A DNA stretch of 64,000 nucleotides. Source: Eledone cirrhosa (lineage: Eukaryota). Of the stretch, positions 49,881 through 62,407 are shown piece after piece (the first letter of the stretch is position 1; every line of letters starts with the position of its first letter). Where the stretch lies: NCBI GenBank assembly GCA_964016885.1, contig OZ024741.1:50592001-50656000 (forward strand). The letters run 5' to 3'. A program made the translations under genes and the position numbers. Under the pieces are notes generated by a model. That model did not search any database. It was not told the DNA's origin and saw only the letters and a program-made list of their open reading frames with translations.

Positions 49881-49920
49881 TTCAAAATATTAACAAAATA
49901 GATATTCTTGTGATCAATTA

Positions 49921-49987
49921 TATTTTATTATACATATTTCAGAGATACTGAGTTAAGTTCAACAGTACGTCCTCATCAGATAAAATA
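49921..49987 (-). ncRNA. Type I hammerhead ribozyme (family B)
   Basis: Homologue of 37009-37075; core and helix I conserved, differences mainly in and near loop II. Confidence 0.7.
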
Positions 49988-50124
49988 AAATGATACATGA
50001 CATACCCTGACATAGTAGATGGTTAAGATTCAGTCATATTAATAACTCTGGAAAACCTTCTTGTTGAGTGCTTCCAATCTATTGTAAAACTCATTCTTTG
50101 CTGTATTCATTGAACTTTGTTTAA

Positions 50125-50157
<33 letters not shown>

Positions 50158-50160
<3 letters not shown>

Positions 50161-50579
50161 AACTGCCACTTCTTTATATATATATATATATGATAACTGC
50201 CACTTCTTTATATATATATATATATGATAACTGCCACTTCTTTATATATATATATATATGATAACTGCCACTTCTTTATATATATATATATATGATAACT
50301 GCCACTTCTTTATATATATATATATATGATAACTGCCACTTCTTTATATATATATATATATGATAACTGCCACTTCTTTATATATATATATATATGATAA
50401 CTGCCACTTCTTTATATATATATATGATAACTGCCACTTCTTTATATATATATATATATGATAACTGCCACTTCTTTATATATATATATATATGATAACT
50501 GCCACTTCTTTATATATATATATATATGATAACTGCCACTTCTTTATATATATATATATATGATAACTGCCACTTCTTT
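50158..50579. repeat. 34-bp tandem array, 13 copies: GATAACTGCCACTTCTTT+(AT)8
   Basis: Units start at 50158, 50192 ... 50562. One unit is 30 bp; the 18-nt core is invariant. Confidence 0.95.
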
Positions 50580-51190
50580 ATGTAGGCTGCTGGCCAGTTT
50601 GGTGACTGAACAGGCTTTGTTTAGGTCACCTTTTCAAAACCCTTCCCATGTGGTATGGGTGAGCAGTGCATCCCCCAAAAGGGGTGCTCAGACGCTCAAG
50701 ACTTCGCCAAACCATGTTGCTGTTCAGGTTACCATTGCAGCGACGTTAGGATGAGACTGGAGTCAACTACGTGTAGATTTATGACTATGTGTTTCTAACC
50801 AGTCGAGTCTGCACACCTTGCCACTTCTCCGCCATGGCACTTGTGAAGAAATATCTGCACATAAAGATGGCAATGCTACTTGCTTGTGCTACACACATAG
50901 CAGCCACTCCATCCCTGCATCTATGTGTCCATTGACAAGCCAAGGCAAGATAACAGGACAGCTATGAGGATCGAGGCTATTTAACCCATTGTTGGGGTGG
51001 ATGGCTGTTGATTCTGTGGAGTTCATTCGGCCTTTCATAGCTCTTGTTTTTGTGCTGCTGGGTTTCCACTTACCCTCCTCATCAGACTAGAGCCTGGTTG
51101 GGGAGGTGATTTAGTCACCGATCCCCCGACCATGAAACAAGTACTGGGCTATATGGTAACTGTACCAGACAGAGACCTCACCTGACAATA
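50562..51190 (-). mobile_element. Probable RTE-type LINE 5' UTR fragment
   Basis: Non-coding and GC-richer than its flanks. Contains GGGAAGGGTTTTGAAAAGGTGACCTAAAC, reminiscent of RTE 5' UTRs, and an HDV-like fold candidate at 51023-51116. Recognition from memory only. Confidence 0.4.
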
Positions 51191-51238
51191 TATATATATA
51201 AACCGAAACCGCTTGGCGCCACGGTTGGGATACTTGTA

Positions 51239-51281
<43 letters not shown>

Positions 51282-52150
51282 GGTGCTATTAAGTTAGACA
51301 TAGCCTGGGCCAAAACCTATCAAAGTTATCAACATTATAGTATAAGTAGAATCGAAATCAGTGTTGCAACATATGTACAAACTTTATTAGCATATTACAA
51401 TTGTTTCGATATTCAGTTTCGATCAGTTCAGAGTACAATCATAATAACGGGGCCCGACTCTTCTTCGATATCTCCTCAGATATGCGAGTTTATATGTGCT
51501 AAAGCACATCTAAACACACACACACACACACACGCACACGCACACGCACACGCACACGCACACGCACACATATATATGACTCATGTTTGGTCAAATGGTA
51601 AAAACAAAATCCAAGCTTTGCAATCATGAGATCTTGGGTTCAATTCGAATATGTGGCATCTTGAGCAAGTTTATTTTACTTAAGTCTCGGATCTATTTAA
51701 GCCTTATAAGTGAAATTGAGTATTTGAAAACGGTGTGGAAACCCGACGAATTGATCCAACCTCTATTTCAAAGGTCCAATTTACGTTAAGAGTAGATATG
51801 TCTGTAGAATAATTACATTATTTCCACGTTAAGCTAACGAGTAGATAATTCAGTGGTAGGTATTTTAACTAGCTGTGTATCTATATATCTATAGCTGTAT
51901 CTATATGTCTATGGCTGTGTATCTATATAATATAGCTGAGTATCTATATATCTATAACTAAGTATCTATATATCTATAGCTGTATCTCTATATCTATATC
52001 TGTGTATCTATATATCTATATTTGTGTATCTATATATCTATGGTTGTGTATATCTATATATCTATATCTGTGTATCTATATGGGTGTGTATCTATATATC
52101 TCGGGCTGGCTGTCCACTCCAGCATTTTTTATTTCAAACTCAGCTTTACG

Positions 52151-52204
<54 letters not shown>

Positions 52205-52322
52205 CACAGCCACACATATTTGCACACATAAACACAGGCGTGTGCACACACACATACCCACACGCACAGACTCTACACACATACACACGGACTCACACAG
52301 AGACCTACTCAAACATAGACGT

Positions 52323-52353
<31 letters not shown>

Positions 52354-53139
52354 CACACGGACTCATACACATGCATATACACACACGCATACGTACACAT
52401 ATACAGAGACACGCAGACACACATCATCATACCCACATACCCATATAAACATAAACACTGACACACACCGACATACTCGTACGCACACAGGTACACACAC
52501 ACACACACACACACACACAGGTAAACACACATACATACCCGTACACACACACGCACACACACACATATACACACAGAGACTCACACATTATACACATACG
52601 CACACACACACACATGGTCGCACACACGCACACACACATACATGTACACACATATACACACATACACATACACGTACACACACATACACACACACATATA
52701 TGTACACACATATCGCACACCTACATGTACACACATATACACACACTTGTACACACACACATACACAGACACACGTACACACATTCACACACACATAAAC
52801 ACACATGCACGTACACACGCATACACGTACGCTGACACACATACACACGTGCACACACATATACGCACACACCTACACTCTCTCACTCTTACACCTCAAC
52901 CCTCCACCTCTCCTCCTTCTCCTTCTATTCATATACTCTCTCTTTCTCTCCTCTTCGTTTACCAACACTCCTACCTCCCTCCTCTCAATCCCTGGTCACA
53001 TCTATGCCTCCTCTTTCTCTCTTACACTCTCCACTCTCTCGTATCCTCCCTTTTTCTTTCTCTACTCTCACTTCTCCCCTATTTTCTACTCACTCTCTTT
53101 CTCTCTCCCTACATTCTCCTCTGTCCATCACCTACCACT

Positions 53140-54680
53140 TCATCTCCACCACCACCACGAACACTACACCTTCGCCACCACCACCACCACCATCAACAGT
53201 AACACCACCATTACTATTACCACCACCACCATGAACACTACACCCCACCACCACCGAGAACAACAACACCATCACCACCACCACAAACTACACCACCATC
53301 ACCACCACCACCACCACGAACACTATACCACCACCACCATAAATACTACACCACTACCACCACCACCACCACCACCACCACCACCACCACCACCACCACC
53401 ACCACCACCACGAACTACACCACCACCACCACCACCACCACGAACACTACACCACCACCACCATAAATACTACACCACTACCACCACCACCATAAATACT
53501 ACACCACTACCACCACCACCACCACCACCACCACCACAACCACGAACTACACCACCACCACCACCACGAACACTATACCACCACCACCACCACCACCACG
53601 AACTACACCACCACCACCACCACCACCACCACCACCACCACCACCACCACGAACACTACACCACCACCACCATAAATACTACACCACTACCACCACCACC
53701 ACCACCACCACCACAACCACGAACTACACCACCACCACCACCACGAACACTATACCACCACCACCATGAATACTACACCACTACCACCACCACCACCACC
53801 ACGAACACTATACCACCACCACCATGAATACTACACCACTACCACCACCACCACCACCACGAACACTATACCACCACCACCATGAATACTACACCACTAC
53901 CACCACCACCACCACCACGAACACTATACCACCACCACCATGAATACTACACCACTACCACCACCACCACCACCACGAACACTATACCACCACCACCATG
54001 AATACTACACCACTACCACCACCACCACCACCACGAACACTATACCACCACCACCATGAATACTACACCACTACCACCACCACATGCTGCAGGAAAGTAC
54101 CAGAATCATTGTGAAGATAGGAAACCTTACCAAGATAAAAATTCCAGCAAGAATTTTTGGCGTGAAATCACAATTTTTAATTTTTATTTCTATCCACATC
54201 TCCACCACCAGCACCAGCACCACCAGCACCACCAGCACCACCACCACCACCAGCACCACCAGCACCAGCACCAGCACCAGCACCAGCACCACCAGCACCA
54301 CCTCCACCATCACCATTACCACCACCGCCAGCACCACCACCAGCACCATCACCACCACAACCATCACAACCATCACAACCACGACAACCACCACTAATAC
54401 CACCAATACCACCAGCACCCTACCACCACCACTATTACGAACACTACTACCAGCACCACCACCACCATACCCACGACTAAAACCATGGCCACCACCACCA
54501 CCACCACCACTATTATCACCACCCCTATTACCCCCCCGCGCTACCCCCATCACCACCAACACCACCACTACCAGCGCAACTTCTACCACCACCATTATTG
54601 TTAATACAACACCCCTAAAACATAACTACCACAACTTGCAGAACTTTAAGGAGCACTACCACCACCACCACCATTGCACC
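53140..54680. repeat. (ACC)n-based compound repeat with a ~59-bp higher-order unit at 53740-54080
   Basis: Direct inspection; ...CACGAACACTATACCACCACCACCATGAATACTACACCACT... repeated about 6 times. Confidence 0.9.
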
Positions 54681-54801
54681 CACGACTAACACCAACATCA
54701 CGACTATCATATCAGTCCACATGCACGCATACACACACACACACATACACACACACACATACACACATACACACACACATATGCACCAACACGTACACGC
54801 A

Positions 54802-54868
<67 letters not shown>

Positions 54869-54959
54869 ACACGTGTGCGCCCACACACGCTCACACATCA
54901 AACTCTTTTTCAGATGTAGAAAATAGACATCAAACACCCAAAACACCACCAGAAACGTT

Positions 54960-57585
54960 TTTTTCCTGTCAGACGAAATATTTCAGAGTTGCTACCATAA
55001 ACGTGAGCATGATGAAAGGTAGGTCAGGAGAAATTGTGGTGATTCTAGAGTGGAGGCGAGTAAATGAGTGTTATGAACAGAAGTTAAGATGAAGTGGAGC
55101 TTCGGACAGAATACTCACGGGTAAAGAATACTCTCATAGAATGACCAATGATGTTATTTTTTAGCATAGTTCCTGGACAGAAACAATGCAGTTATTAGTA
55201 AGAAGAGTTGAAATTAATGCATGCAAAATTTCACAGTTCTAGCATCACCCCTTCATAGATTGACCAAGATACTCTCGTGGAATGACCAAATGGTGTTATT
55301 TTTTTAACATAGTCCTTGGAAAGAAACAATGCAGTTATTAATAAGATAAGTTGAAATTACTGCATGCAAGATTTCACAGCTCTAGCACTAAACCTCCATA
55401 GTCAGCCACTGAACTTTTCAGCCGATTCTGGCACATATTTTTCTGGGTTGGTAACAGTGTTAGAATTGGTTGGAAAATAAATGTATAGATAAAGAAATCG
55501 TGGTAGACAAAGTATGTGACGGAATAATGAAGTTTAGACTGATAGCAAGTAACACAACATTAACAAAGATCTGTGAATATAGACCACAATCAGGATTGAC
55601 AGACGAGCAAAAAGGGTCGTTTCTATTGGACACTCTTGTAAGACTAACACAATAACAGATGATAACGACATCGTTATGACTGTTAGTGACTTTATTTAAC
55701 ACACTGGCCAATGACGACAACTCCGATGTTTACGGAGGCCATGGTTATGGTACACAAAATAATGATTTCTGCAAGACCAGCAATTTTAGGGTAGGGGAAA
55801 GTCGATTAAATCGACCCCAGTACATTACTGGTACTTTATTTTATCGACCTCGCATGGATGAAAGGCAAAGCTAACCTCGGCGGGATTTAAACTCAGAACG
55901 TAAAGGGCCATAACTCTATTCTGCAAGGCATATTGTTCGACGCTCTACCGATGCTGCCAATCCACCGACCTCATGATACACGAAATAATGTAAGATCATG
56001 AAATATAGAAAGTTCTATGAGGCAAATGACTTAATCATTTCAAACACTAACTTTAAGAAACCGATCAATCACTTGACACCTACTAGTCAGGCGTCAGATA
56101 GAATTCATATTCACTAGAAAACTGGATAGACAGAGGTTTGTGAATACCAAGTCTTCCCTCGGGGATAATATACCACTCGGTGATAAATATATCACACGGT
56201 GATAAATATATCACATAGATTAATGATTAGTGGTATCAGAGTAAGAACTAGACAGATCTAGAGACACAAGACAATTTGAAGGAAGTAAGTGTGGAAAATA
56301 AGAGATCTTTCAGTCAGATGTAGGATGAAAGAAGTACAACGTGATGCCTATGTCGAAGAGATAGAGACCTATAACAAAGAAAACTACTACAAGCTGCAAA
56401 CTTGATATGTGGATAGAATATTGTTCATGCCAGATGGAAGATGACATGGCAGTGAAATAGTATGATAGATATAATCATAGAAGCTAAGAGATAGGCCTGG
56501 AATGAACGGAAGTAGTGAGGAAGGGCAATGATCAGTTTAGCTAAAATAAAAGTAAGACAAGATATTTTTAGTTAAAAGTGAAGCAGAAAGTAAGGGGTTT
56601 ATTAATGTTCTGCAACGTAAGGACCAGAAGCATGAAGTGTTTCAGATTTCAAAAGAGTTTGTCAGTGTGTGCCAGTACACCAATGATGAAAACTGCGTCC
56701 GTAATGATGGCGTACTCACCCTCACAAAGATCGAGAACAAGGAGACATAAACATGTTAGTAGGAGGGGTTGCTGAATGATGAGAGTGCGTCGATCAAAGG
56801 GGACTATCCCAAACAATCTCAAAAGAGCAACAAGCTTTTGAAATTAATAGCTGCCCGATTGAAATGGTCATTAAGAATAGGAAGGTAAGGGAAGCCAACG
56901 GACCATCAGGAATAGTTGCTCAGATGCTGAATATAATATATGGTGATGTAAGATATGCACTGGTTACTCGCATAGTCAGACAGAAGGGAAGTAACTCTGA
57001 GTCATGGTTGCAGTGGTGGCGGCGGTAGTGGTGCTGTTAACATCTCACCACCACCATGTGTATCAATATTATTTTTCCAACCCAAGAAAGCGTTTGAATA
57101 TAAATTTGAAGACAGAAGCATCAGAAAGGAGTTCCAGCTATATCCTGTCAACAAAGTCTCCGATACCCGAATGGTTAAATTGTAACAGAAGAGCATCCAG
57201 GAGTCATGACCTAGATGCGGCCAGGCTTCCTTAGAAGTTAAGGGCCGAAACACTTGCTTGAGGGGGTTTCTTCTCTGAAGACCTTCTACTGTCCAGCTCT
57301 CCTGATAGTTTCTTACCACTTAAATGATACTATCCATTGACAGTACCACTGTCAACTGCTACAAGGGTAAAGGAGATCCTCTGGAAAGAAGCAACGACAA
57401 AAGCATCAAACTAACAAACGACGCTATAGATGTAACAAAGAGTTATAGCACAATTGATTAGGAAGACATTTAATTCAGATGTAGTGCATATCGAGGTAGC
57501 AATGAGACTCTCTTCCGAGTGAGGCAACCATATGGCAAGTTCCTAGCTAAGAGCAAGACACTTTACATAGCATTTATCGACTATG
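54960..57585 (+). mobile_element. Long decayed RTE-like LINE (endonuclease to RT) with nested MITE, SINE and PLE pieces
   Basis: [19 protein letters not shown] (endonuclease N-terminus), FRLIASNTTLTKICEYRPQSGL, GPSGIVAQML, KGKGDPLERSN, LYIAFID. Same family as 600-1262. Confidence 0.75.
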
Positions 57586-58391
57586 CTTTATAGCCTAGTG
57601 GACGCCATGAAATGACATACGTGAGAAAACACAAATACACACGCTTACACACAATACAGATACTTTAACAATTACAATTGCAATTATTACACACACAGGT
57701 GTTGCTCCCCTGGAATAACAAAGCCATTACTATTAATACATTAGGATTACCTCCCTTGCACTTGACCAGATCTCATGCAAATAACGCCGGCCATCTTGGT
57801 GTTGCTTGAAAAATAAGCAACAGTAGCACATACCCGGTCTCTAAAACCTAAGCTAGAGTAGACATTGAAACCTTAGGTAGCATGCAGTTGTGTTGAGGAT
57901 TTATTTATAATAACAATAATATATATGTCTCTCTCTCTGTATATATAGAGAGAGACACAGATATTTATTACACTAACTATGGCCTCATTTAAGGTACATG
58001 TGTTTCTTTCGACCCCCCCCCCCCCCCCCAAAAAAAAAAAAAAAAAAAAAATTCATCAGCCTTTGTTGAAAACATTGTCAATGAAGGCTCATGATTTGGA
58101 GCCTGATTCAAAAATATCTGAAAGAGACACCCAATGAAACATGTGTACCTTGTATGATAGCATAGTTAATGTAATAAATAGCCCAACTCGTCCTTCGGAT
58201 TGAATGCTTTTCCAACTCTGGATATCCTTTACCAAATTACACCACACTATACCTATATCTATATCAATATCGATATCTATCTATCTATCTATACATCTAT
58301 CTATCTATATACTTTTGTACCTCCCCCTTCTCTCTCTATATGTATATCTTCCTATCTATTTCATATATCTATCTACTTATCTACGCCTATC

Positions 58392-58446
<55 letters not shown>

Positions 58447-58959
58447 ATATCTATCTATCTATCTACCCCCTTTCTCTATCTATATATTGGTATACATGAT
58501 ATTTCAATAATAACAATTGAAATGTAATCAATCAATAGTAAATTAATGTATCAATCAGAAATTGATAAACACTTCCCTAACATAAATACAATCTACTCAG
58601 CAGAATATGAACAGATTATAAATCAGATTTAATTGATTTCATAACAACTATGTATTCTCTTAATAGTTTTTATTCTTATTATATTAACTACTTGGCAGTA
58701 TCGGTAGAGGGTCGGACGCCATGCTTTGACGCATAGAGTTACGGCCCTTGCCATTCTGAGTTCAAATCCCGCCGAGGTTAACTTTGCCTTTCATCCTTAC
58801 AGGGTCGATAAAATAAAGTACCAGTAATGCACTGGGTAATTGCTGGCCTTGTGCCAAAAGTAGAAACAATTATATTAACTACGAGTTCTCTCCCCCTCTT
58901 TATTGCGTATGATGGCAACCTTCTCTCAATGTCTCTCCCTTTCCCTCTCTCACTATATC

Positions 58960-60440
58960 TGTTTGTCTCTCTATCAGTCTCTGTCTCTGTAAACCTGTCA
59001 ATCTGTCAACATCTGTCAGCCTGTCAATATATCTCTGTCTATCTGCCAGTCTATCTGACTGCCAGTCAGTCTGTCAGTCTCTCTATCTGTCAGTCAGTTA
59101 GTCAGTCTGTCTGTCTGTTAGTCTGTGTCTGCCTATCTGTCACTCTGTCAGTCAGTCTGTCTGTCTGTCAATCAGTCTGTCAGTCTGCTTGTCTGTCTGT
59201 ATGTTAGTCTGCCGGCCTATCTATCTATTTGTGCGCCTGGCACACTGAGTGTGCCCAGGCGCTCACCGCCCTCTGGCAGGCGGATCCGGTTATCAGTGGA
59301 GACTCCACCGCAACATTCTATAGAGGGCTGGTACGCAGCAGGTGCGACGACGCCCTCGGAGAAGCCCTAGACATGGAGGAGGACGAACTGGCCAGCCTGT
59401 TCGGTAGGACATTCAGCCCGGGACCTATGGACAACTTCCAGAAGTCCCTGGCCTGGCAGTGCTACCGAGGAGCTTTACCCGTTCGAGAAAAGCTCTACAG
59501 ACACGGGCGCCCGGGTAGGGACCCCGCCAAAAAGATCTGTCCCAGATGCGTGTGCGACGAGGAAACCGTTGCACACGCATTGGTACACTGCTCGGGCGTA
59601 GCCGATCTGTGGGGCTATGTCGAACAACTGCTGTCAAGGGTGGGACCGATCCGGTTGACCACCGAGTCTATTGTAATGATCAAGTCGCCTCCCCCCTTCA
59701 AAGATGAAGGAGAGGCGGTGTTTCTGTGCGTAATAGCCATGGTGAAAGAAGTTGTATGGTGGACGCATCTGAAAGGACTGAGGTCAGGCACCTTTCTCTC
59801 TGGCCAACAACTGGTCCGTTTCTTCCGATATCATTTCGGAAGAGGGATCAGGATGGAGAGAGAGGTGCTGCACCCCAGTCGTTTCTATGAAAGATGGGTG
59901 AAAGTGGCGAGAATGGCCCGTGTGAATGGGCCTTCTCTTTACATAAGCCTGTAGGTGGAAAAGAGGAAGGAACGAGGGAGCACCCCCTCTCTGTGCTCCT
60001 GAGGAAAAGGGTTGCACACTTTTTTCGGGGGTGTGTGCGACCCCCCAAGGCGCCTCCTCTCTATTGAGGATTTTGTTATAAATTTTATTTTTTGTTATAT
60101 TTTATTTTATTTTTATACTTTGTTATTGCCTCCTCCTTATTGAGGACGCCTTTTTGTGTAAACTCCCCCCTTTGTACTTGTCCCACTTTTGATGCCCTGG
60201 TGGCAAATAAAAGAAACATATCTATTTGTATGTCAGTCAGTCAGTCAGTCTGTCTATCTGTGTGTCAGCCTGTCAATCTGCAGTCTGTCTATTTGTCAGT
60301 CAGTCTGTTTGTCAGTCTGTCTATCTATCTGTCAGTCTGTCTGTCTATCTTTTTAGTCTGTCAGTCTGTCTGTCAGTCTATCTATCTGTCAATCTGTCTA
60401 TTTGTCAGTTTGTCTGTCTATCTGTCAGTCTGTCTGTCTG
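58960..60440. repeat. (TCTG/TCAG/TCTA)n tetranucleotide tract, split by a Tx1 insertion
   Basis: 58960-59232 and 60219-60440 are the same degenerate repeat. Confidence 0.9.
59233..60218 (+). mobile_element. 5'-truncated Tx1-clade LINE (ORF2 C-terminus plus 3' UTR)
   Basis: Uninterrupted frame to 59954 with AWQCYRGALPVREKLY...CPRC...ETVAHALVHC (zf-RVT). AATAAAAGAAA end. 11-bp TSD TATCTATTTGT (59222-59232, 60219-60229). Confidence 0.9.
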
Positions 60441-60614
60441 AGGATAGTAGACGTGTTTCGTATCGCTCCGTGATTTGGATTTTTACCTGCTAATTTTGTG
60501 AGTGGATTTTTTTGAATTCTTTTGTATAATTAACTGTAACCCCTAGTCTGGGACTCTAGACGTCGGGTAAATATATTTTCACCCCTTTTGGGGTGAAAAA
60601 TAAATATTTCAGAA

Positions 60615-62384
60615 ATGTTTATCGATATCGTTGATAACGATATCGTCGAAAACGATATCGCCATATTGGAAGCGAACGCCACGCCGACCAAAAAAACAAG
60701 CGGGAAAGAGGGAACAACAGTTCAAACTGTTGAACAACCCCTCCTCTCCAATGAAAAAAAGAATTTCAATTCAAATGAAAAAATTAATTTTCAAGAAAAA
60801 AATAACACCACAAATAAGGAAACCAACAACATTACAACAACAAACAAAGACAAAATTTATTTTGCCCAAACACTCAGGAGAGCCACGGAATACAAAGCCA
60901 TTGACATCACGAACGCCAAGGAAAATTTGCTAGAGGCTAGAAAATACGTATCTTTTGGGGAGGATGGTTCTTTTACGATCAACTCCCCAGAAGAAGTACG
61001 TCAACAGATTTACAAGAATACCGTAAGCTACAGAACCATAACCAACGAAACGAGAAAGCCAGCGCAATTGACCGAAAGTCAAATCGAGCTGGTTCTGAAA
61101 GAAATTAAAAATGACATACTCTTTATTCAAAGAGGAAAGCTGTATGCCAGCATTATGGTCCGAATGAAGGACGAAATGCTGGCTCAGAAATATTCGGTGG
61201 CACCTATAGTGTCACCACAATACACCTTCTTCCCCACATATAAAGGAAGAAGAACACAAAGGATAAGAATGTGGAGCCCTACGCCAGAAATTAACATCTG
61301 GTCCGTCCTAACAGGATTTACCGACCTAGATAAGGACATACTAATTTCAGCAGGGGAGTCCACCAGTGGACTGTTCGGGGGGAAAAGTCTGGAGGTTCTC
61401 TTACAGATGACACCTGAGAGAATCTCCGGAATACCCGACCGAGTGCTACTGGATGGGCGAACCTACATAAATATCACAGTGGAAGGCAGGAGACCCTCAT
61501 GTTACCACTGCGCTGGCAGAGGTCACCTGAGGACGGCCTGCCCTCTACTAACAACTAAAAAACCACTGCTACAAACACCACAACAACAACAAAAACAACC
61601 AGCACCACCATCACAAAAACAACAAAATACACTACCATCACCACCAGAACAACAAAAACCAACACCACCACCACCACCACCACCACCACCACCACAACAA
61701 CAACAACAACATCAACAACAGCTCAAGAAAACAACCCAAAACACGGTCCCACCCAGCCCCACCCCACAGAACACAAATACAAAAACAGTTCATACACAAC
61801 CCGGAGATATACCCCTCCCCTCCAATACGGAAGAGGAGCTCATATCGTCGGAAGACGAGGGGGCTCCCTTCCAAAAAGTGAAAAGAAAAAAACGTACACA
61901 CACCACAACAACAAAAATAACCCCACCTGACAACACAACACAGACAATAAAACGCAAACTCACTCAACAACAACAAGCAAAAACAAACACAACAACACAA
62001 AAACTCTACACATACATAAACAAAAACAATGAAAACCTAACTTTAAAAATAGAAACCAACCCTTCGATACAAACCGAAGGGCCGAATTTCGTAACGGCAA
62101 TGGGGCTCCCTAACCTGAAAATGGTGAAAATCCCACTTGACATTTTCAAAACTTTAAAAGACATGTACCCTGAGGACGTGGGCCCACCCTGCACCAGGCC
62201 ACTCAACCGCGTCCTCCTGAAAGGTTTTCCCCTCCCCTCCTCAAACACCCACACAACTCCAAAGATCCCAACCCCTCCACACACTAATACCCCCACACCA
62301 CCACAAACCACCACCCCACCCATCAACCCCTCCACCAGCCCCATGGAAACTGATCGACCCGAACCCCGGGACGCAGAGAGGTAA
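60615..62384 (+). CDS. Tx1 ORF1 protein (gag-like, CCHC zinc knuckle), 589 aa
   Basis: VEGRRPSCYHCAGRGHLRTACP (CX2CX4HX4C), followed by a P/Q/T-rich tail with a basic KVKRKKR motif. Confidence 0.88.
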   Translation: MFIDIVDNDIVENDIAILEANATPTKKTSGKEGTTVQTVEQPLLSNEKKNFNSNEKINFQEKNNTTNKETNNITTTNKDKIYFAQTLRRATEYKAIDITNAKENLLEARKYVSFGEDGSFTINSPEEVRQQIYKNTVSYRTITNETRKPAQLTESQIELVLKEIKNDILFIQRGKLYASIMVRMKDEMLAQKYSVAPIVSPQYTFFPTYKGRRTQRIRMWSPTPEINIWSVLTGFTDLDKDILISAGESTSGLFGGKSLEVLLQMTPERISGIPDRVLLDGRTYINITVEGRRPSCYHCAGRGHLRTACPLLTTKKPLLQTPQQQQKQPAPPSQKQQNTLPSPPEQQKPTPPPPPPPPPPQQQQQHQQQLKKTTQNTVPPSPTPQNTNTKTVHTQPGDIPLPSNTEEELISSEDEGAPFQKVKRKKRTHTTTTKITPPDNTTQTIKRKLTQQQQAKTNTTTQKLYTYINKNNENLTLKIETNPSIQTEGPNFVTAMGLPNLKMVKIPLDIFKTLKDMYPEDVGPPCTRPLNRVLLKGFPLPSSNTHTTPKIPTPPHTNTPTPPQTTTPPINPSTSPMETDRPEPRDAER

Positions 62385-62407
62385 GTGCCTCTTTCTTTGC
62401 CACCAAC

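Noticed and set aside
50158-50579. CRISPR-like array of an 18-nt repeat
   Set aside because: Intervening sequence is only (AT)n, not unique spacers.
51060-51090. CTGATGA...GGAAAC on the minus strand as a hammerhead
   Set aside because: No helix II or helix I pairing; fits the HDV-like interpretation better.
52002-54949. His/Thr/Pro-rich and VC-repeat ORFs (similar ones at 35.4-39.4 kb and 44-46 kb)
   Set aside because: Translations of (CA)n, (TA)n and (ACC)n microsatellites.
57960-58180. Degenerate inverted repeat with CTGAAAGA...GAAACATGTGTA
   Set aside because: The inverted repeat is real but old; core and helices are too eroded to call a ribozyme.
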